Positions 54,212 to 59,035 of a stretch of 59,035 bases of DNA are shown in pieces. How positions within the stretch are numbered: the stretch's first letter is position 1; each line of letters starts with the position of its first letter. The notes under the pieces were generated by a model. It was given only the letters and a program-made list of their open reading frames with translations, ran no database searches and was not told where the DNA came from. The DNA is from a virus. Its lineage: Duplodnaviria > Caudoviricetes. Location: the IMG/VR virus record IMGVR_UViG_3300015245_000041, positions 1 to 59,035 of that record, one strand, 5' to 3'. Made by a program: the position numbers and the translations under genes.

Positions 54212-57187
54212 ATGACGGCATTCGGTCAGATTCGTGGCCAAATTCGTATCGACGCAGCACAGGCGTTGGCTCAATATGCTGCACTCCGTACTGCGAATGC
54301 AGCAACTGTATCTAACCTGCGTGCAGCTAGTTCTACTCTTATCGGTGTGGGAATAGCATCTGTTGCTGCAGGTGCTGGATTACTTGCCATGTTTGGCAAG
54401 GCCGTGACAGCCGCTGCTAACTTTCAAAAGAAGATTGATTTCTTCGGGGCTGTTACTGATGCCACACAAGCTGATATGCAGGCTGTGGCAGATAAAGCTC
54501 TGGAGATGGGTAAGACTACTATCTTCTCTGCTGGACAGATGGCGGATGCCTTTGTAGAATTCGGTAAAGCGGGTGTCTCTACTAAAGACATTCTTGGTGG
54601 TGTGGCTGATGCGGTTGTTGCGCTAGCTTCTGCAGCGGATATTAATTTGACCCAAGCATCTGACATCATCATCTCGACGATGCAGACATTTAAACTGGGT
54701 GCTGCTGCAACCGGTCATATTGCGGACTTACTTGCTGGTGCAGCTAACTCGTCCATTGTTGATGTTACTGATCTGGGAGTTTCACTTAAATACGTTGGTG
54801 GTATTGCTGCTGCAACTGGAGTTCCACTCGAGTCAGTGGTTACCGCCTTATCGCTCCTGGGACAAGCAGGGATCAAGGGATCAACGGCGGGCACATCATT
54901 ACGTCAGATTTTAGTCTCCTTAAATGCCACTTCAGGTAAAGCTCAGAAAACCCTAAAAGATCTTGGTATTATTACCAAAGATAATACTAACCTATTCATT
55001 GATGCTCAAGGACACCTTAAGCCATTAGATCAAATCTTCCAAATCCTCAAAACTCATACTGAGAATCTTACTGATGCACAACGTCTATCTGCTCTAAAGA
55101 TCATCTTCAATAACCGAGCTCTTGCCGCAGCTAACATCCTGTTAAAGGATGGTGCTCAGGGCTTCGATCAGATGGCCGGGGCCATCAACAAGGTCACAGC
55201 TACTGATGTTGCTCATAAGCGATTGGATAATCTTGCTGGTGATTGGCTTCGTCTGAAAAATACTATCCAGACTATGCTGATCCAAGCAGGTACTCCATTT
55301 CAAAACTTTATGAGAAACCTAATACAGTTTCTTACAAGTGCGGTCAAATGGTTTGGTAACCTTAATCCACACATACAGACTGCGATATTTGCTTTTATTG
55401 GTATTGTTGGGGTCTTGTTGGTCTTACTTGGAAGCTTGCTCTTAATCATTGGTGTAGTTACAAGAGTAATCTTTGTCTTCAAGACCTTGAGAGCAGCTTT
55501 AATTCTGGTTAGATCCGCGGCTTTGATTACTTCAGAAACCTTTGTTGCTATGTGGGTTGCTCTATTTGGACCTTTTGCCCTTATTGCTGCTATAGTTCTT
55601 GCTGTTGTTGCTATCCTTGTTATCTTGTACTTAAAGGTCAAGGTTGTTAGGGACATCATCAATGCTGCTGGTCGAGCAATTGTTACCGCCTTTAAGGCCG
55701 TAGTTGATTTCTTTAGAGGTCTTCCTTCATTCTTCTCGAATATATGGAGTAGTATCGTAGGAGGAGTAACCACGGCATGGAATGCAATAACTGGCGCAAT
55801 CAAAACTGCAGTTAATGCTGTTAGAGATGCTATTCAGTCTGTTTGGGAAGGTATTCAAACAATCATTGTTCGGCCTATTGAGGCTGCGGCTAATGGCATT
55901 GTTTCTGCTTGGGATACTATAGTCAATGCTTTTGCCGGACCTATTAAAGCTATTATTAACTTTGTTGGACGAAACTGGCGAGCTTTGGTTTTGATCTTTG
56001 GTATCTTCGGGGCTGTCGTCGATATCATTACTGCACACTGGAAAGTTATTGTTGGTATCTTCCAGTCTGCAGTGAATCTGATCTTACTCCCAGTTAGATT
56101 CTTGTTTAACACTCTAGTAACATTCATAACAGTGCAAGTTAATGCAATTGTCTCCGTAGTTAGAGCTGTCTGGGGTGTCCTAGTAACTGTTGCTACTGCT
56201 ATTTGGACTGCGGTAAGTACGGCAGTTATGGCAGTCGTTAATGCTTTAGTTACTGTATTTAGAGTACAGTTTAATGTTATGAAAACAATAGTAACTACAG
56301 TCTGGAATGCCCAACTTGCAGTAACTCGAGCTGTATGGGCTATTATTATGGCAGTAGTTAGGGCTGCAGTGAATACCGTTCTTACGATTGTTCGAGGTAT
56401 TGTAGTAATAGCTACGGTAGTGGGTAATGCTTTTAGAGCTGCGTATAATGCTATAGCTTCGGTAGTATCAACTATACTTGGATTTATGCGGGGATTCATC
56501 GGGAGAATTCTTGGAGCTATTGGTAATGTAACTGGACCAATGGCTCGGGTAGGTACTAATATTATCAGAGCTATTTATAATGCCATAGTTGATGCTGCCT
56601 TTATTATCTACAACTTCTTCCGAGGGTTTTTAGGTAATATTCTTCGTAATATCGGTGACGCCGGATCTTGGTTGTTTGATGTTGGTAGAGCGATTATTCA
56701 AGGTATGATTAACGGTATCCAATCCTTGGCGGGTGCGGCTGTAGATGCAGTCAAAAATGTGGGTAAAAGTGTTATTAATGGAGCTAAGAGTTTATTTGGT
56801 ATTCATTCTCCATCCACCATATTCCACACGATGGGTCAGCAAGTTGTTCAAGGGTTAGCTAATGGTATTAACCAGAATAAGCACCTAGCTCAGAGTGCCT
56901 TTGATAGTCTAGATAGTTTAGTCAATTCTCATAACTCAGCATTTAATGCTACGTTTGGAGCTAGAGCTACTATTGGTAATGGCATCAATAGTGGTAGTAG
57001 TAATGCTAGTAACAGTGTAGCTATTGACAATCTTACTAAAGCTGTAGGGGTTTTGGCTGCGGCAGCTATGCAGCAAAATGAAACTCCAACCAAAGCGAAT
57101 CTTTACTTGGATCCTTTGGGGACTCAATTACTTGCTACCGTTCTTCAGGATTCTAACACTAAAACCCAAGCGAGGAGGGGAGTATGA
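54212..57187 (+). CDS. Tape measure protein
   Basis: TP901-type core (GIKGS.AGTSLR), W/F-periodic repeats, GIHSPS. Confidence 0.95.
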   Translation: MTAFGQIRGQIRIDAAQALAQYAALRTANAATVSNLRAASSTLIGVGIASVAAGAGLLAMFGKAVTAAANFQKKIDFFGAVTDATQADMQAVADKALEMGKTTIFSAGQMADAFVEFGKAGVSTKDILGGVADAVVALASAADINLTQASDIIISTMQTFKLGAAATGHIADLLAGAANSSIVDVTDLGVSLKYVGGIAAATGVPLESVVTALSLLGQAGIKGSTAGTSLRQILVSLNATSGKAQKTLKDLGIITKDNTNLFIDAQGHLKPLDQIFQILKTHTENLTDAQRLSALKIIFNNRALAAANILLKDGAQGFDQMAGAINKVTATDVAHKRLDNLAGDWLRLKNTIQTMLIQAGTPFQNFMRNLIQFLTSAVKWFGNLNPHIQTAIFAFIGIVGVLLVLLGSLLLIIGVVTRVIFVFKTLRAALILVRSAALITSETFVAMWVALFGPFALIAAIVLAVVAILVILYLKVKVVRDIINAAGRAIVTAFKAVVDFFRGLPSFFSNIWSSIVGGVTTAWNAITGAIKTAVNAVRDAIQSVWEGIQTIIVRPIEAAANGIVSAWDTIVNAFAGPIKAIINFVGRNWRALVLIFGIFGAVVDIITAHWKVIVGIFQSAVNLILLPVRFLFNTLVTFITVQVNAIVSVVRAVWGVLVTVATAIWTAVSTAVMAVVNALVTVFRVQFNVMKTIVTTVWNAQLAVTRAVWAIIMAVVRAAVNTVLTIVRGIVVIATVVGNAFRAAYNAIASVVSTILGFMRGFIGRILGAIGNVTGPMARVGTNIIRAIYNAIVDAAFIIYNFFRGFLGNILRNIGDAGSWLFDVGRAIIQGMINGIQSLAGAAVDAVKNVGKSVINGAKSLFGIHSPSTIFHTMGQQVVQGLANGINQNKHLAQSAFDSLDSLVNSHNSAFNATFGARATIGNGINSGSSNASNSVAIDNLTKAVGVLAAAAMQQNETPTKANLYLDPLGTQLLATVLQDSNTKTQARRGV

Positions 57188-58080
57188 CAAACTTCGCTTC
57201 ATATTACTGGTTAGGTAAACCCGGGGGTCGGGTGGGAATGGTACAGGGTCCTTTAGTTAACGTAGGTACAACAATTCCTATGAATCGTGGCGAACAAAGT
57301 CATGATCTTATTAGTGGAGGCATTACTACATTTAAAGCCCCATTGACCAAAAGAGCATGGCAATTCCAGAGGGATTGGCTTTCTTCAGATGAGCAAGAAG
57401 TACTTAGAGGATTTTACTCAGGTCTATTCGATGTGGGTCCATTTCGGTTCTATGACCCAAGTGAAGTAAATCTACTAGATGAAGATGCTTCAACCTTTGG
57501 GCGAGCAACCAGTGACTTATCCTTTTGGAAACCCACAACTGCTACTTATGTAGCTGATACTGATACGTCCACACGAGACGTCGCTAATCTCTCAACTCGA
57601 GCTAGCGCGATGGTTCAACTATCAGCTATTACTGCGGCTGGAGGACTTGGTAGTAATAGTGCTTTGTTGCCTTTTAATGCTGTACCAGTTCTTACTGGCG
57701 CGGGCATGCCGTTCTCCTTTAGCATTTATGCTATTAAGACAGCAGGTACCGGTTCTCCAACTATTCAACTCTATGTTAAGGGTGCTAACACGGTTAGTGC
57801 GACGGCTGTTGCAGTAAGTACTTCTCTAACTCGATATACTTTAACTGCAACTGCTGCAGCACTGGGAGTATCTAATTACATCGATTGTGGTGTAGTTTTT
57901 CCCGTAGTTGGTACCGGATTAATAGTTAAACTATGTGCTCCCCAGCTTGAGATGGGAAGTATAGCTTCTCCCTATCGAATCGGGTATGGTGTGGCTTCAG
58001 TTTCATTTAATTCCGGAATAACTCAAACTGTACCAAGAACTAGATCTCATTCTGCTAGTTGGACATTGGCGGAAATCTGA
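57184..58080 (+). CDS. Distal/minor tail protein
   Basis: Directly after TMP; GPF.F.DP; carbohydrate-binding-like insertion. Confidence 0.75.
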   Translation: MTNFASYYWLGKPGGRVGMVQGPLVNVGTTIPMNRGEQSHDLISGGITTFKAPLTKRAWQFQRDWLSSDEQEVLRGFYSGLFDVGPFRFYDPSEVNLLDEDASTFGRATSDLSFWKPTTATYVADTDTSTRDVANLSTRASAMVQLSAITAAGGLGSNSALLPFNAVPVLTGAGMPFSFSIYAIKTAGTGSPTIQLYVKGANTVSATAVAVSTSLTRYTLTATAAALGVSNYIDCGVVFPVVGTGLIVKLCAPQLEMGSIASPYRIGYGVASVSFNSGITQTVPRTRSHSASWTLAEI

Positions 58081-59035
58081 TGCAGATCAAATCTAGTAAC
58101 TGGCATAAGGTAGTAGAAGGTAATGAAATTCCCTATGATTGCTTAGTGGAAATTACGGCATTAGGTCGTAATGCGGCTATAGCTGGTTTAGGGGGATATG
58201 TTAGTACTCCCGATAGCTCAAGTATTAGTATAGTTGGGGATATTGATATTCGGGTGGAATTTGCTTTGGATCAGAGTGCTGTTGGTCAAACAGTTATGCT
58301 AGCATCTAAAGGTACATTTGGTGGTTCTGCTACAGATACAGAGTGGGTTTTATACTTAGTATGTACACAGGGTACTGGAGCATTTGCTAACCTGATTCTT
58401 GCTCAGGTATGGTTTCAGTGGTATGCCAATGGTACAACAGTTGTGGAGGTTGTAAATCCCGTAGGGTTGTACGTTGCCCCCGGTCAATCTACCGCAGTAA
58501 GAGTTACTCTTGATGTGGATAATGGTTCTGCACAACATGTGACTCAGATGTATATAGCTAATCACCTTGGGAACTTTATTACTGGGGGATATTCTGGTCC
58601 ATTTACTGTTACCACTGCCGGAGTTACTTCTATATTTAATGGGGCTGGAGATCTTCTTCTATGTAATACTAAATATGGTACTGGAGCTGCAATACCTACT
58701 TTAGGATCACCTCTATTCGGGGGGATTTTTAAGGTAGAACTAAGAAACGGAATAGCGGGAACTCTAGTTGCTAATCCCGATTTTACTGCTCAAACTAGAG
58801 ACTTACCTTTTACCGATTCAACTGGTACTGTGTGGACATTCGTCGGAGCTTACCTAGGTAGACGAGGTATTGATGAGGCTCTTGTAATAGATTTCTCAAG
58901 TATGGCTTTAGAGGCTGTGCAGATTCAACGTGATATGACAACGGATGTACCTGCCAACACTCGAACTATTACTGGTTATCCAACCGCTCAAGCTACTATA
59001 CTTCTTTCTGGTCATGTACTATTAGCGGGTGTTCC
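58080..59035 (+). CDS. Large minor tail protein, N-terminal part (continues at position 1)
   Basis: TGATG coupling; open frame MQIKSSNW... to contig end; YVSTPDS..I.GDIDIRV. Confidence 0.8.
   Translation, partial: MQIKSSNWHKVVEGNEIPYDCLVEITALGRNAAIAGLGGYVSTPDSSSISIVGDIDIRVEFALDQSAVGQTVMLASKGTFGGSATDTEWVLYLVCTQGTGAFANLILAQVWFQWYANGTTVVEVVNPVGLYVAPGQSTAVRVTLDVDNGSAQHVTQMYIANHLGNFITGGYSGPFTVTTAGVTSIFNGAGDLLLCNTKYGTGAAIPTLGSPLFGGIFKVELRNGIAGTLVANPDFTAQTRDLPFTDSTGTVWTFVGAYLGRRGIDEALVIDFSSMALEAVQIQRDMTTDVPANTRTITGYPTAQATILLSGHVLLAGV
58959..59035. repeat. 77-bp direct repeat of contig start
   Basis: Identical to 1-77. Confidence 0.95.

Noticed and set aside
55300-56499. Long minus-strand ORFs within the tape measure gene
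   Set aside because: Antisense shadows of repetitive coding sequence
58959-59035. Biological direct terminal repeat
   Set aside because: 77 nt matches a common assembler k-mer and lies inside a tail gene, so it is best read as a circularisation overlap

Overview
The window is an apparently complete, circularised genome (58,958 bp unique plus a 77-bp assembly overlap) of a lytic long-tailed dsDNA phage. The host is probably an actinobacterium: it encodes a DUF1906 endolysin and an LAxTG sortase substrate, and has leaderless genes behind TTGAC-N17/18-TAnnnT promoters. The rightward virion/lysis operon runs from about 38.6 kb through the contig junction to 7.8 kb. The leftward arm (8.3-26.5 kb) carries VRR-NUC, SSB, Sak4-like ATPase, Cas4-like nuclease, a PolA fused to a degenerate family-4 UDG domain, a pyrimidine-modification cassette (dCMP deaminase, two thymidylate-synthase-fold proteins, MazG-like enzyme, dNMP kinase) and an SNF2 helicase. 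A primase-helicase and an early/accessory region follow (26.6-38.4 kb). No integrase or CRISPR array is seen. The most novel signal is a candidate RNA regulon: the motif (TG)ACCGAGGAG sits at the RBS or leader of the first gene behind most early promoters, and a separately promoted, strand-specific hairpin (8629-8699, minus) displays the antisense of that motif in its loop. Other highlights are a ~670-nt array of structured RNAs with two non-canonical tRNA-like elements, and the paired TS-fold enzymes, both carrying the dCMP-type Asp. All family calls come from motif recognition; no database searches were run.
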